Source: a virus
Taxonomy: Duplodnaviria > Caudoviricetes
IMG/VR virus record: IMGVR_UViG_3300037455_000100
Span: 39,305-103,304 of that record
Strand: one strand, 5' to 3'
DNA length: 64,000 bases
Both the position numbers and the translations under genes were made by a program. Positions 38,946 to 50,156 of the stretch are shown in pieces. The notes below the pieces were generated by a model. The model saw nothing but the letters and a program-made list of their open reading frames with translations, did not search any database and was not told the origin of the DNA. The stretch's first letter is position 1. Every line of letters starts with the position of its first letter.

Positions 38946-41132
38946 TCATCTAGTGACATTCTCTGGAATTGTTTGAATAACATTGTCATTAAACGTTCCA
39001 TACCCTGCACCAATCCACCTAATAATATCATCTATACCTCCTTGTCTATTATCAGTTATACGTGTAGGAAATAATCCAACCGAAGTATTAAAATAATCTT
39101 TATAATTAGCATCTTCTGGATGATTTACAATTCTATTCAACGAAGCTCCCCCTTGTACTGCATCAACTGTTTGACCATATAATCTTAGAGCTGCTCCTAA
39201 TCTATTTGATATCGGGTCTTTAGCGTCACTTAGAAAATTTCCAATTATCGCAGCAGTATTACCACTATTATCTAAAAACTTATTAAATTTTGGATGTGCA
39301 TCTAAATAATTCTCAATAGATTGTTTGTCGTTACTCTCTAATGCTCTGTCTGTAATATATGATATTCCTGTAAGACCAGCGTTTGTATACATTTCATTCT
39401 TAAACATTTGTGGAATTTTAGACCACATTTTTGCTCCAAGTAATCCATATAATATATTTAGATTAATAGTGTTATTCTCCTCAGTAGCATCTTTATCAAA
39501 TTTCTCAACACTCTTCTTTAGTATTTGTTCTCTAGCTATTTCTGATTGACTTTTAGGAGATTTACCAACTTCTACTTCAGGTTCATAGTTATAAGGATTA
39601 TAAACAGTAGCAGTACTAGAAGTTTGTGGAGTAGTGCCTGGAATAGAACCTTTCTTTATCATTAAGTCTCTACCATCTTGCGCTTTATGGCTTAAAGGAT
39701 ATTCAGTTACATAATTACCATTAAAGTTATAATCTAACCAAGGTAACATTAGTTTAGTATCACCTGTATTAGATACACCTAATACTGGATAATTAACACC
39801 TTGCATAGTAATATTATTACTAGGTATAGTAGTTACTTGATGAGGATATTGCCATTGACCGTATGGAGTTATTTTACCAAGAGTACCGCCATTAGCTGCA
39901 TAGTTAGAAGTGTTATCTTGAGTATTATTTTGAGCTACTTCATTAAATAATCTTACCTTATCTTCGTCAGAAATATTGTTCAGATAATTACCTTTAAATA
40001 AATCTTTATGCTCCTTAACCCACTTTAATGTAATCTTTTGCTTAGGATTTAATTTATTTTTATATCTAAACTCTTGTAAAGCACCGTATAACTCTTTCGC
40101 ATTATATTTATTATCTCCAGTTTGGTAGCCCGTAACTTGTGGTATATCTCTATCTTTAAATATCACTTTACGTATATAATCTTCCTGTTGTGTTGGATGT
40201 GATGCGTGTGTAAACTCATGTATCTTTACAGCAGGGTCAACATTCTGTCCAGCAAATACTACAAAATGACTACCTTTGTTATTCCAAGGGTCTGCTTCAA
40301 CATAAGCACCTTTAGTATCATACATATAACTACTTCCTCTACCTATTTCAGTCTTAGGAGTATTAGCAGCATTCTCTATTTGAGCATAAACTAGTTTATT
40401 AACTCTGTTTTGCTCTGGAGTATAACCTTTAAAATACACAAATGGATTAGGTGTGTTATAATAGTCATCCCTATTCCATCCAGCTTCTCTTACATCACCT
40501 ATGTTATTCTTTGGATAATATTTACTATAGTTCCAAGTAGTAGCTCTAGCATTATCTGTTAAAATATCTCTCCTCGACATTAACCAATTCTTCATCCAAT
40601 TGATTTGCTCTTGGTCTTGAGGTCTGTTATTAGTAGGTAATCCGTTATCGGCAGTACCACCATCTTGATATTGGTTAGGAAATCTATTATATATTCTCTG
40701 TTCAGTATAATCACCTTCTCTATTATATATATTAGGATAAGTCTGTCTATTAATTACTGAAGGAGTGAATGTGTCGTTATTATTCCAACTTCCTCCCATA
40801 ACAGGACCACGTGAATATATGGATTCGTTACTGAAAGTAGGATGATTAGGTAATTTATAAGTATCAGGAAAGTGTTGTAAATTACTTAATTGTTTTACAG
40901 CATCATTATAATGATTCTTAAAGTAGGTCTCATAATCATATCCAGCTTTATTATTATCCATTTCAATATCTGGATATTTAGACTGCATTTGAGACTTCCA
41001 CTGTTCAAAAGTTAATTTACCACCTGACTGATTATAATGTGCTTTAATGGTATCTAAGTTATAGATACCATTTTGCACATATAATTTTATTAACTCAGCT
41101 TTTGAGCTTATATCTAAATCATTCCAATCCAT
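38946..41132 (-). CDS. Modular protein with HExxH zincin module and xxGG linkers
   Basis: IHEFTHA...ELY; HFPDTYKLPNHPTFS module; GQW...ITMQGV...EYP module. Confidence 0.65.
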   Translation of the reverse strand: MDWNDLDISSKAELIKLYVQNGIYNLDTIKAHYNQSGGKLTFEQWKSQMQSKYPDIEMDNNKAGYDYETYFKNHYNDAVKQLSNLQHFPDTYKLPNHPTFSNESIYSRGPVMGGSWNNNDTFTPSVINRQTYPNIYNREGDYTEQRIYNRFPNQYQDGGTADNGLPTNNRPQDQEQINWMKNWLMSRRDILTDNARATTWNYSKYYPKNNIGDVREAGWNRDDYYNTPNPFVYFKGYTPEQNRVNKLVYAQIENAANTPKTEIGRGSSYMYDTKGAYVEADPWNNKGSHFVVFAGQNVDPAVKIHEFTHASHPTQQEDYIRKVIFKDRDIPQVTGYQTGDNKYNAKELYGALQEFRYKNKLNPKQKITLKWVKEHKDLFKGNYLNNISDEDKVRLFNEVAQNNTQDNTSNYAANGGTLGKITPYGQWQYPHQVTTIPSNNITMQGVNYPVLGVSNTGDTKLMLPWLDYNFNGNYVTEYPLSHKAQDGRDLMIKKGSIPGTTPQTSSTATVYNPYNYEPEVEVGKSPKSQSEIAREQILKKSVEKFDKDATEENNTINLNILYGLLGAKMWSKIPQMFKNEMYTNAGLTGISYITDRALESNDKQSIENYLDAHPKFNKFLDNSGNTAAIIGNFLSDAKDPISNRLGAALRLYGQTVDAVQGGASLNRIVNHPEDANYKDYFNTSVGLFPTRITDNRQGGIDDIIRWIGAGYGTFNDNVIQTIPENVTR

Positions 41133-41134
41133 AA

Positions 41135-43681
41135 TTATCTACCGTATGGTTTACCAAACATATTAGAAAGTAAATAAGGAAATCCTTCTATAGCACCATC
41201 TTCTATAGCTTTATTAATCAATCCATATTGGTAATTCTCTTTACCTATGGCAGCGAGACTATTAAGAAGGTTAGTAACAGCTTGAGACCTATTTTGTGAA
41301 GTTATAGAAGTAGCATTATCTCTAGCTTGTGCAGCTTGTGCTAACATATTAACACGTTTATCATTTATAGCACTATTAATCTTATCATACTCTTGTGCTA
41401 GATTTATGTTAGCTTGGTCAATACCTAAATTATATTGGTCAGTAGCTAATCTATTAGCCTCATTAGCTTGTTGCCATTGTAAATTCCTAGCAGCATTATC
41501 TTTAGAATATGCATTAAATGTTGCTATATTAGCAGCAGTTTGAGCAGCCCTATTAGTATTTTCTCTATTAGCTCTCTGCATAGAAGCTAGTTGAGCCATA
41601 CCCTCATTGTTAGCTAAATTAACATCGTATGGATTATATCTTCTATAACCACCTAAAGCAGGTGCAGCTATAGGTGTATACATACCAGCAAGTCTATCTA
41701 ACTCATTAGCATAAGTAAAATCTGTAGGTGATGTAAATGCACCTAAACCACTAAGTAATTGAGCATATCTTAAAGGATTGTCTTTTATATTAGACAAATC
41801 TTTTTTTGTAGTAGTTACATCATCTTTTACAGATTTCTTAATTATATCATATTCATATTCTGGTCTACTTTTAGGAATAGTACTTTTTTTATACAACGGG
41901 TTTTGTAATAATAATAATGCTGGAGCGTGTTTTATTCCGAACAAACCATCTTTCATTAAAGTATTATCGCCTGCCCATTCAAGATATTTCGATGTCTCTG
42001 CTATAGTACCAGTTGGATTATATTTGTTTTTAAATTCCCAAGTCGCATTATCACTCCAATCCGTATCTTTATCTCCCCACTGATTCATCAGCATGTGAGC
42101 CAAAGCTTCTGCTTTCGTTGCGTCTTCACCGTCAGATGCTCCGACAACCCTCAAATTCCTAACAAAATTACGTGCTTGTTGTCCAGTCAAATACGCTTTA
42201 TTTACATTACTACCATTTCTTTCGTTCTTAGGTAAGCTATTCCAATACTTAGTAAATTCGTCTTTATAAAAAGTATTCAAATCTTCTTGAGTCTTCCAAG
42301 GAGATAAAACTTCTGAAGGATTTTGGAGAATATTAAGAGGTATATATTCTTTCTTAATTAAAGGAGTTGTTTCATAGCTCTCTTGCGGAACAAATTCAAG
42401 ACCCCAGTATGGAGAATCAACTCCACCGTTTTGTAATAAATGACCACCATCACCATGTTTCCACTTCTTCGCGTTTAAAGCAAAGGTTGCCATTTTCTTC
42501 TGTTCTGGAGTACCATGCTCTTTAAACCATGTAGCAGAATGACCAGTTCTTTCTTTAAGAGCTGTAAACTTACCACGATTTTCAGGCTTAATATAAATCT
42601 TACCACCAGAAGCATATTGTTCAAGACTAGGATTAAATTCTTCTTGTGGTTGCATTATAAGTTGCTGTGGTATCATCTGAGCTAATCCAGACTTATCTTC
42701 AGGTGATAAGCTGTTAATAAATCTATTTAATAGACGTTCCTCTTTCTTAGCATTATACTCTTCTTGAGCATTGGCTAACCTACCCATCATTTCATCTAAA
42801 GTAGAATTAGATATAGGGTCATTAGGTCTAGATTCAGATTCCTTCTGTAACTTTTCAGCTACTTCAGCAAATTTTTTACCAGCATATTTCTCAGGTAAAT
42901 TATACTTCTTTAATAAAGATTCAGATACTTTATTACGTGCTGAATATATATAATCTTTATATTTAATTTCACCTTCCTCAACTAAGTTAGGTTTACCATC
43001 ATAAGCAATACCTTGTTGAATACCATCGTATGGATTTTGCTGATGAGTACCACCTACATTAAACATTGTGATATTATTATCTGCTGGCATATAACCACCT
43101 TCTGCAAATACATTGTATAAATTATTTCTCAACTGTGTAGCATCATTCTTACCAACAGCATCATAAAAACTATTTAATGATTTATTATAAGCATAATCAC
43201 CAGCTTTATTCAGAGCGTATGCTACTGCTATTTGTCTAGGATTACTACTTTGATTAGGTGTTATATAATCTAATTTAGGAGAAAATTGATACCAAGCATT
43301 CTCCATATTAGCGTTATTCTTCACATTAGAGAAATCCATAGCTTGTGATTTTCTCCAATCAACAGCTTGCTGAATCTCCTTATCTTCAGAAGTTTGACCC
43401 CATAAACCATTACCTGTAAGAATAAGTTCTTTTAAACCATTACCTACAGTTCTATCTTCAGCAGTACCTCTCATAGCAATATCATCATATAAATTATTAT
43501 ACTGCTTTTCTGAATTATATACAGCATTATTTAAAGAATCAGCAATATTTATAGCAGTTCCAACAATACCTAAATCATTTTGTAAGCTGGATAAATCTAT
43601 TTTATTATCAAGAGTACTTTTACCTAAACTTTGCATTTTTGCTAATTGTTGTTGTAATATGTAATTATCATAAGGACTCAT
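41135..43681 (-). CDS. Modular cargo-type virion protein with xxGG motifs
   Basis: GGTHQQNPYDGI...VEEGE module, IKPENRGKFT...FALNAKKWKH module, Ala/Gln/Asn-rich C-terminus. Confidence 0.65.
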   Translation of the reverse strand: MSPYDNYILQQQLAKMQSLGKSTLDNKIDLSSLQNDLGIVGTAINIADSLNNAVYNSEKQYNNLYDDIAMRGTAEDRTVGNGLKELILTGNGLWGQTSEDKEIQQAVDWRKSQAMDFSNVKNNANMENAWYQFSPKLDYITPNQSSNPRQIAVAYALNKAGDYAYNKSLNSFYDAVGKNDATQLRNNLYNVFAEGGYMPADNNITMFNVGGTHQQNPYDGIQQGIAYDGKPNLVEEGEIKYKDYIYSARNKVSESLLKKYNLPEKYAGKKFAEVAEKLQKESESRPNDPISNSTLDEMMGRLANAQEEYNAKKEERLLNRFINSLSPEDKSGLAQMIPQQLIMQPQEEFNPSLEQYASGGKIYIKPENRGKFTALKERTGHSATWFKEHGTPEQKKMATFALNAKKWKHGDGGHLLQNGGVDSPYWGLEFVPQESYETTPLIKKEYIPLNILQNPSEVLSPWKTQEDLNTFYKDEFTKYWNSLPKNERNGSNVNKAYLTGQQARNFVRNLRVVGASDGEDATKAEALAHMLMNQWGDKDTDWSDNATWEFKNKYNPTGTIAETSKYLEWAGDNTLMKDGLFGIKHAPALLLLQNPLYKKSTIPKSRPEYEYDIIKKSVKDDVTTTKKDLSNIKDNPLRYAQLLSGLGAFTSPTDFTYANELDRLAGMYTPIAAPALGGYRRYNPYDVNLANNEGMAQLASMQRANRENTNRAAQTAANIATFNAYSKDNAARNLQWQQANEANRLATDQYNLGIDQANINLAQEYDKINSAINDKRVNMLAQAAQARDNATSITSQNRSQAVTNLLNSLAAIGKENYQYGLINKAIEDGAIEGFPYLLSNMFGKPYGR

Positions 43682-43699
43682 AACATTATAATTTTATTT

Positions 43700-43712
43700 T
43701 GCAAAATTACTA
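43700..43712 (-). promoter_or_regulatory. Promoter
   Basis: TAGTAATTTTGCA on the minus strand. Confidence 0.7.
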
Positions 43713-43749
43713 AATAATTATAATATACAAACAATTAATATAAAAATAA

Positions 43750-43779
43750 TTGAGGCAATACATTTTAGCATTGCCTCAA
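43750..43779 (-). terminator. Terminator after muzzle gene
   Basis: TTGAGGCAAT...ATTGCCTCAA inverted repeat. Confidence 0.7.
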
Positions 43780-43784
43780 CCTAA

Positions 43785-46700
43785 TTATTTTACATCAAAA
43801 TACACTTCAAAATCTCTTAATATAGCTCTATTATAATTTACTCCGTATGGTACAGAATCAAAATTTTTTTCTGGGTTATTATTAATTAATTTAATATAAG
43901 AGTATGTATCTCTTATCCTGTCACGTCCTGTTTTAAGAGTACCGTCTGATTGCAAATATGTTGCTCTAGGTATCATTACTCTCCATATATTAAACTTTCT
44001 CTCAGCTTGCCAGGGATAATCATGATATTCATCTTGATTTAAGGAAGTATATGATTGGGTAGTAGAATCATAATTGTTCTTAGGTAAATATCTGCCATCA
44101 ATCTTAAACTCTTTATACATCTGATAACCATTATAAGCAGCTATATCTGTAAATAAATGTACATTAATCATGTTAACATTATCATTGAGCACTGGAGCAT
44201 TTTCATTAAATAAGTCACCTTTAAACTCTATAGTGTTAAATACTTTATCAAGTGTTGCATAATTATTTTTATCATCAGCACCACCGTTTGATAATAATGT
44301 AATCCAGTATGGTTTTGGAGTACCAAAGAATTTATTGTAAGAATCATCTTCTCTAGCTGAATGAAATGTTATTGTATCTCCATTTAAATATATCATCAAA
44401 CAATGTTGAGATATATTACATATATAATGAGTTTTATTATAATCATAAAATGAAGTAAAGGTATTGGTAACTTCATTCCATGCTAAACAATAGTCGTTAT
44501 TTATATAATAAATATCCTTACTTATATTATCATAATAAGTTACAAAATTTGATAATGTCGATTCATTATAAAAATCTTTAGGACTCCATATAGTATTTTT
44601 ACCCTCAAGATTGTTTATAAAGAACGCATCAAAGCCGTTTTGTGTAGATATTGGTATAGGACTATTCTCACCAAATGTAAATAATTGTCGTCTATTGTCA
44701 TCAATCCAAAAGATACCGTTTTTATTGTTATTGATAGACCATTTATTTTGACAACCTATGTTCTTAGTGTAATAGTCAATACCTGTAAACTTACCACTAT
44801 TTGCTATCTCTAAAGGAACTCCTTTTTCTGTACTTAATGCAGTCTTTTCATTATAACCTATAGTAGCAATACCATTCTCTTGAAATAATATAAGACTATT
44901 CTTATTATTACATATTTTAGTAATCTTACCTAAAGTACCTTCTGCATCAGCTACATTTGCTAATGTTATATTAGTCCAAGTATCAATCTCTTCACCAGCA
45001 TTTTTAGTTTTAGTCCAAGTAATTTGATTAGTAAACTTATCTAAATTTGCAGTATTTTCATCAAGTATTCTATAGTTGAAGAAGTTATCATCTTGAGTAT
45101 ACGACTTATTAATTATATTAAAGTTGGTATTATCTATAAGTGTATTATCTATCAAACCTCTATTAGTATCACACCTACCATCAAGGTTAATATGTGACTC
45201 ACACATAAATGACATTATTTCAACAATACCATTGGTACTTTCTCTAGTATAAGGATATGTCTTTAGGTTGTCATATCTCATATAGTAAGTATCACCTACA
45301 TCACCTACTAATATAACATCTGTTCTTGTAGACTGTCCACCAGAAGTATCATACTGCTCTAAATCAACAGCTTCACCACATGGTAAGAATACATTGTTAA
45401 GTAGAGCATCTGTTGATTTACCACCAAATCTTTGGTCTTGTGTAATATCACGATGTAATTCAGCTAAACATAATGTTCTATTGGTATAGGATAAATCAGC
45501 GTTTAGTTCTATTACACAGTGCGGCGTTGATTTATATGACATTTTTATAGGGTCTGAAGATACTCCAATTTGAACAGGTTGTTCATCTATATTGTATCTG
45601 TTAGATGTACTTTTTATACGATAATCTCCCTTGTATTTTGTTATAACATCATCAGAGTCTTCATCACAACCACCGATAGTACTATCGATAGTTTGTATAT
45701 AGTAGGGGTATGAAGCTTCATGAAATAGTCCTTGATTTACATATATTTCAGTATCTAATTTATCTCCAGTATATAACGGTACTATTGTATCCACATTACC
45801 ATAATAAAGTTTTCCATCACTAAATTTTAAAGGTGCGACATTGCCATAATCAAATATCAAACATTCTTTACTACTAATATTTGTAGCATTGTTAGCGTAC
45901 GTGGTATTTTTACTACAGAATAATTCACTGTATATTTTATTATTAATTATAGATGACTCTTCTACAGTAAATCCGTCTTTCACATCCTTTCCATTATTAA
46001 TAATAACAGGTCTTTTTAAAGTACCCATAAAATTATTTAAATATTTTCTTTGAAAAGGATATATTATATAATTATATTTAATATAATCTATTTGAGCTTT
46101 TCCAGTACTAGCTTCGTTTTCTTGTCTTAGTGTTAGATTTGCATTATATACATCTATATCATTCCAATAACAATTTTGTCTATATACATCATTACTTATA
46201 TTGTTACTAAGCCAAGTGTCGCGATTTGTATCTATTCCATCTCCTTTATTACCTAAATAATCTTCTGCTTTTTTACTATAGTCTAAATATAACTTTGAAG
46301 CATAAGACATGTTAGATATTTCACCAATCTTCTTTAATTGTATATTAGAGAAGTCTAATGTTTCTAAAGATTCATTAAATTCTATATCAGGTGAATGTAA
46401 TGTGACTAATTCTTTAAACTGGAAGAAGTTTGAATCATTTGGAGATAATTCAGACTGTTGATTTAACTCATTATTAGTATAAGTTTCTCTTATCGATTGT
46501 ATATCATTAATTATTAAATTGTCTGGTAAATTGTCAACTCTGTAAAACCAATCACTAATATAATCAGGTAAATGTTTTTCATTCCATTTTTTATTATATA
46601 CTGTAGTGTTTAATACACCTTGAGCTAATATACTTTTATCACTGTTAGAAGGATAACAACATACAAGTCTAGCTTTTCTATAACCATTACTGGTTAGAGT

Positions 46701-48134
46701 TATAGCATCGTCTTTATCTATTGTATATTTAAATATAGGAAATAATTTAACCCTTCCTATATCACTTGGTGTTGTTGTATTTATATAATCATCGATATAA
46801 ACCACATCTGACCATACTCCTGTCCTATCTTGACATTGAATACCAAATCTATAGTATTCATTGTATTTAAATATTTTAGGACTTTCAAGAGTTGTTCCTA
46901 TTTTGGCAGTTTGGTTTGTTGTATTTCCTCTATATACTAATACATTACCATTCAATTGACTTTTATATGGATATAGCATATTTGTCGATTGAAGATTTAC
47001 TGATTTACCATAGACTATATTAGTAGTTGTAACATTATCATCTACAATTGACTCTGTTTCAGTATGAAATGCTCCGTTAATAGTTGGGAAAGAAACATTT
47101 AAACTTTCTAAAGATTGTGTTTTTAATCCTATATTGCCTAAGAATAATACATTATCTTTTTGGTCAAATGTTTCGGCAGTTATTTGTACACCACCTACAT
47201 AATTAAGTATGGTAGGGTCTATAATCTCACCAGTAGTATTACTGTCATAAAATGTTATAGAATTATCTGATGATGATATATCTTTTATAGATTTATTCTC
47301 TACAATCCTTACTATAGGAGTAGCGTTATTAGTAGTTCTTACAATAGAATATAATCTTATATAGTCAAAATTATGAGTAATGTCTACATTGTTAACAGTT
47401 ATAACAAATGTATCGCCTGATAATTCACCTTCTTTTAAACCTCTCTCACCTTTGGTGGGATAAAATAAAGTAGATGTCCACGCTATATTACTTTCTTGAC
47501 CATATTTATTATAATAAGTAATAGCATACTTTACTGTACAGGGAGGAAATTGACCATTACCACCTTGTTGTTTAGCTACTACAACATTTTCTTTTAAAGA
47601 CAACTCTTTAACAAAATCAAATTGCCAATCAACTGGATATGTATTGTTAGTAAAGTTTTCTAGAAATTCATCAGATATATTTATGACTCTAGGCTGATTA
47701 AAACCATCAGTCCAATATACTTTTTGTATACTGTCATTCTCATAAAATACAATTGTTTCTAATGGATGTTCCGCATTCAGATTAATATTACCCTCATAAA
47801 GAATCTTTGCTTTTAAAGTAGTATTATTCTTATAAGTGAGTTTTATAATTCTATCGGCATTTCCTAACGAAGAAGTGATAAATAATATCAACTGATTATT
47901 AATAACTGCCTGACCTACAGGTATCTGTTTGTCGAGATAAGTATTTTCTGGTAATCCTTCTACAGTTAATTCTAAAGTACTTTGTTCAGTAGTCCAAGAT
48001 GCTGTAACATAATCTCCTTGCGTATTAAATCTAAGATTCTTTATCTCATGTGCAAACTGACTAGATTTGACATTATTTATCAAACCGTCTTGCATCATAC
48101 CAATAGGTTGTATATGTTGTTTTCTTATAGGCAT
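43785..48134 (-). CDS. Tail stabilisation / muzzle protein
   Basis: GM.QD...NLR N-terminus, VYWTDG.NQPR.IN, beta-rich, FTSFYDY, RKFNIWR...PR...R.R C-terminus; adjacent to ring genes. Confidence 0.8.
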   Translation of the reverse strand: MPIRKQHIQPIGMMQDGLINNVKSSQFAHEIKNLRFNTQGDYVTASWTTEQSTLELTVEGLPENTYLDKQIPVGQAVINNQLILFITSSLGNADRIIKLTYKNNTTLKAKILYEGNINLNAEHPLETIVFYENDSIQKVYWTDGFNQPRVINISDEFLENFTNNTYPVDWQFDFVKELSLKENVVVAKQQGGNGQFPPCTVKYAITYYNKYGQESNIAWTSTLFYPTKGERGLKEGELSGDTFVITVNNVDITHNFDYIRLYSIVRTTNNATPIVRIVENKSIKDISSSDNSITFYDSNTTGEIIDPTILNYVGGVQITAETFDQKDNVLFLGNIGLKTQSLESLNVSFPTINGAFHTETESIVDDNVTTTNIVYGKSVNLQSTNMLYPYKSQLNGNVLVYRGNTTNQTAKIGTTLESPKIFKYNEYYRFGIQCQDRTGVWSDVVYIDDYINTTTPSDIGRVKLFPIFKYTIDKDDAITLTSNGYRKARLVCCYPSNSDKSILAQGVLNTTVYNKKWNEKHLPDYISDWFYRVDNLPDNLIINDIQSIRETYTNNELNQQSELSPNDSNFFQFKELVTLHSPDIEFNESLETLDFSNIQLKKIGEISNMSYASKLYLDYSKKAEDYLGNKGDGIDTNRDTWLSNNISNDVYRQNCYWNDIDVYNANLTLRQENEASTGKAQIDYIKYNYIIYPFQRKYLNNFMGTLKRPVIINNGKDVKDGFTVEESSIINNKIYSELFCSKNTTYANNATNISSKECLIFDYGNVAPLKFSDGKLYYGNVDTIVPLYTGDKLDTEIYVNQGLFHEASYPYYIQTIDSTIGGCDEDSDDVITKYKGDYRIKSTSNRYNIDEQPVQIGVSSDPIKMSYKSTPHCVIELNADLSYTNRTLCLAELHRDITQDQRFGGKSTDALLNNVFLPCGEAVDLEQYDTSGGQSTRTDVILVGDVGDTYYMRYDNLKTYPYTRESTNGIVEIMSFMCESHINLDGRCDTNRGLIDNTLIDNTNFNIINKSYTQDDNFFNYRILDENTANLDKFTNQITWTKTKNAGEEIDTWTNITLANVADAEGTLGKITKICNNKNSLILFQENGIATIGYNEKTALSTEKGVPLEIANSGKFTGIDYYTKNIGCQNKWSINNNKNGIFWIDDNRRQLFTFGENSPIPISTQNGFDAFFINNLEGKNTIWSPKDFYNESTLSNFVTYYDNISKDIYYINNDYCLAWNEVTNTFTSFYDYNKTHYICNISQHCLMIYLNGDTITFHSAREDDSYNKFFGTPKPYWITLLSNGGADDKNNYATLDKVFNTIEFKGDLFNENAPVLNDNVNMINVHLFTDIAAYNGYQMYKEFKIDGRYLPKNNYDSTTQSYTSLNQDEYHDYPWQAERKFNIWRVMIPRATYLQSDGTLKTGRDRIRDTYSYIKLINNNPEKNFDSVPYGVNYNRAILRDFEVYFDVK

Positions 48135-48137
48135 GGT

Positions 48138-48866
48138 TTATCTATTTAAAGGGTCTGTAAATTCAAAACTAGGAAGGTTGTTATGTGGTATATCAGGTAA
48201 TTCATCACCTATATTTTTAAATCCTGTCTTTCTAGCATTACATCTGAATATAAAACTATTCATCATTCTAGCTATATTATTCAACTCATCCTCACTAGGC
48301 ATAGTTAATCTATTAGTAGCTTGAGCTATATTGAATTCATAATTACGTTCAACACGTTCCATAATATTCTCGTTAGGTAATCTACCATTAATATAATTAC
48401 TATATACTCTCTTATATATAATATAACTAACTAATGCTCTAATGAATGTTTGGTCGTTAACTATCATAGGATAACCGTCATCATCTACTTTAACAGCAGT
48501 ATAAGCTATTTGTATATATCCTTCTTCTTTAGAGAATTTAATAATATCTCCATCTATTCTATATGTAGTAACTAATGTTCTACTGTCTGTAACATCAAAC
48601 TTATCTGTTGAAGCGTTTAACGGTCTACCACAATCTTTTAAAGCAATCAAATCAACAAAATCACATGGTAATGCTGCTCTATACTTTTTTACAATTAGAG
48701 TATCATATTTAGTTTCAAATAATTGTGGTACTCCTACAATACCAAGTAATTCTATAGTATCAAGTACAACATCATCTTCAGTTAAGTCTTCTACTATATC
48801 ACCACCATCTTTATATACTCTATTAATTATTTCTTTAAGTGAAATATACCTTATATTTCTATTCAT
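48138..48866 (-). CDS. Tail ring (tubular) protein
   Basis: YRAALPCDF, AY..V.VDDDGYPM pattern; crAss synteny. Confidence 0.7.
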   Translation of the reverse strand: MNRNIRYISLKEIINRVYKDGGDIVEDLTEDDVVLDTIELLGIVGVPQLFETKYDTLIVKKYRAALPCDFVDLIALKDCGRPLNASTDKFDVTDSRTLVTTYRIDGDIIKFSKEEGYIQIAYTAVKVDDDGYPMIVNDQTFIRALVSYIIYKRVYSNYINGRLPNENIMERVERNYEFNIAQATNRLTMPSEDELNNIARMMNSFIFRCNARKTGFKNIGDELPDIPHNNLPSFEFTDPLNR

Positions 48867-49308
48867 AGAACATTATGTTTTTATTATTTATTACATCAAA
48901 ATATAATTGTTTTCTTAATGAACGTAATGGTAAGAAGTTATAGTATGATAAATTAATTGATTTCTTTCTATTAGCCCACGAGTATTTTACATATTTGTTA
49001 TAACTTAATACTCTTACCAACTTCTTCGTTTGTTTAGCTTTATTATCTTTAGACCATAATTCTTTAGTAGCTTTCCAATCTATAGCATAATTCTTTATAC
49101 TGTCATTCTTTCTATTACATAAAGATATAGTAATTTTACCTAATCCATAACCTAAATCAATATAACCATTTTTATACAATTGAGCTACTTTTAATTCAAA
49201 AATTCTATTGATAATATCGGTATATTTAGTATCTCTAATACACTTATACTTACCATTATCATTCTTCAATATATCTCTAACTATAGTCTTTAAGAAGATA
49301 GAGTTCAT
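48859..49308 (-). CDS. IHF/HU-like basic protein of the crAss tail module
   Basis: Highly basic; GLGKI, IDWKATKELW, F.P.RSL; lies between ring genes. Confidence 0.65.
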   Translation of the reverse strand: MNSIFLKTIVRDILKNDNGKYKCIRDTKYTDIINRIFELKVAQLYKNGYIDLGYGLGKITISLCNRKNDSIKNYAIDWKATKELWSKDNKAKQTKKLVRVLSYNKYVKYSWANRKKSINLSYYNFLPLRSLRKQLYFDVINNKNIMFYE

Positions 49309-50054
49309 TGTTCATTTTGATTAGCTTTATTACCTTGCATCATCCTCTTAAATGCATTATTTGTATAGAGACTGATTTGTCTAGCAAGTTGGTCAGAATC
49401 ATCATTAGCATCATTCTTTTCATCACGTAACATATTAGTACCCTTAATCAAATCGTTGACTACATACTGCATTAATACCCCTATAAAAGCATCCTCTAAA
49501 GGAAATCTTGCATCTAGATAACTACACTCATTATTACCTGTCTTACATTGTAACTCAAGTATTGAAGCTTTCTGAATATCTTCAAAAATAGCCTTAAACT
49601 GTATTTTCTCCAAATATATAAAATTTTCATTATTGCTTTTAATATATAAATGATTATCAGGTGCTATTGATACATAGATATTATTTCTAGTAAAAGTATT
49701 GCCTACATAAGGAAGTCTGTTGATAGATATGTATGAAAATTTATTTTTACTACCATACATTCCTGTAGGATAGGCTTGTTTAATACCTATAGGCATAGTA
49801 AAAGGTACTTCTTCAACACTTTTTAGCATATTATCACTAGGACAAATGTCTGGTATATTAGGACATAATGTCAAACATATAAGCTGGTAATTAGCATCAT
49901 TAATAGTTTTCTTACCTGTAAGATATTGTTGATTTAATATAGTATTTCTATACTCACTGCATAAGAAAGCAATATGTTCTTCATTGAAGTTACTATCATC
50001 ACTAAACTGTTTAGTAATGTCTTCAATTATATAGATTATTTCTCTCCAAGTCAT
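49305..50054 (-). CDS. Tail ring protein
   Basis: SDDS, IFED, FPLE, D..NDA.D motifs; synteny. Confidence 0.65.
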   Translation of the reverse strand: MTWREIIYIIEDITKQFSDDSNFNEEHIAFLCSEYRNTILNQQYLTGKKTINDANYQLICLTLCPNIPDICPSDNMLKSVEEVPFTMPIGIKQAYPTGMYGSKNKFSYISINRLPYVGNTFTRNNIYVSIAPDNHLYIKSNNENFIYLEKIQFKAIFEDIQKASILELQCKTGNNECSYLDARFPLEDAFIGVLMQYVVNDLIKGTNMLRDEKNDANDDSDQLARQISLYTNNAFKRMMQGNKANQNEQ

Positions 50055-50066
50055 AACTAAATTTTT

Positions 50067-50079
50067 TGCAAAAGTACTA
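50067..50079 (-). promoter_or_regulatory. Promoter
   Basis: TAGTACTTTTGCA on the minus strand. Confidence 0.7.
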
Positions 50080-50108
50080 AAAATATTTTGATTATACGTA
50101 TATATAAT

Positions 50109-50136
50109 AAAAGAGGATGATTTCTCACCCTCTTTT
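50109..50136 (-). terminator. Terminator after the capsid operon
   Basis: AAAAGAGG...CCTCTTTT inverted repeat. Confidence 0.7.
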
Positions 50137-50156
50137 ACTTTAGTTTATCACACTTC

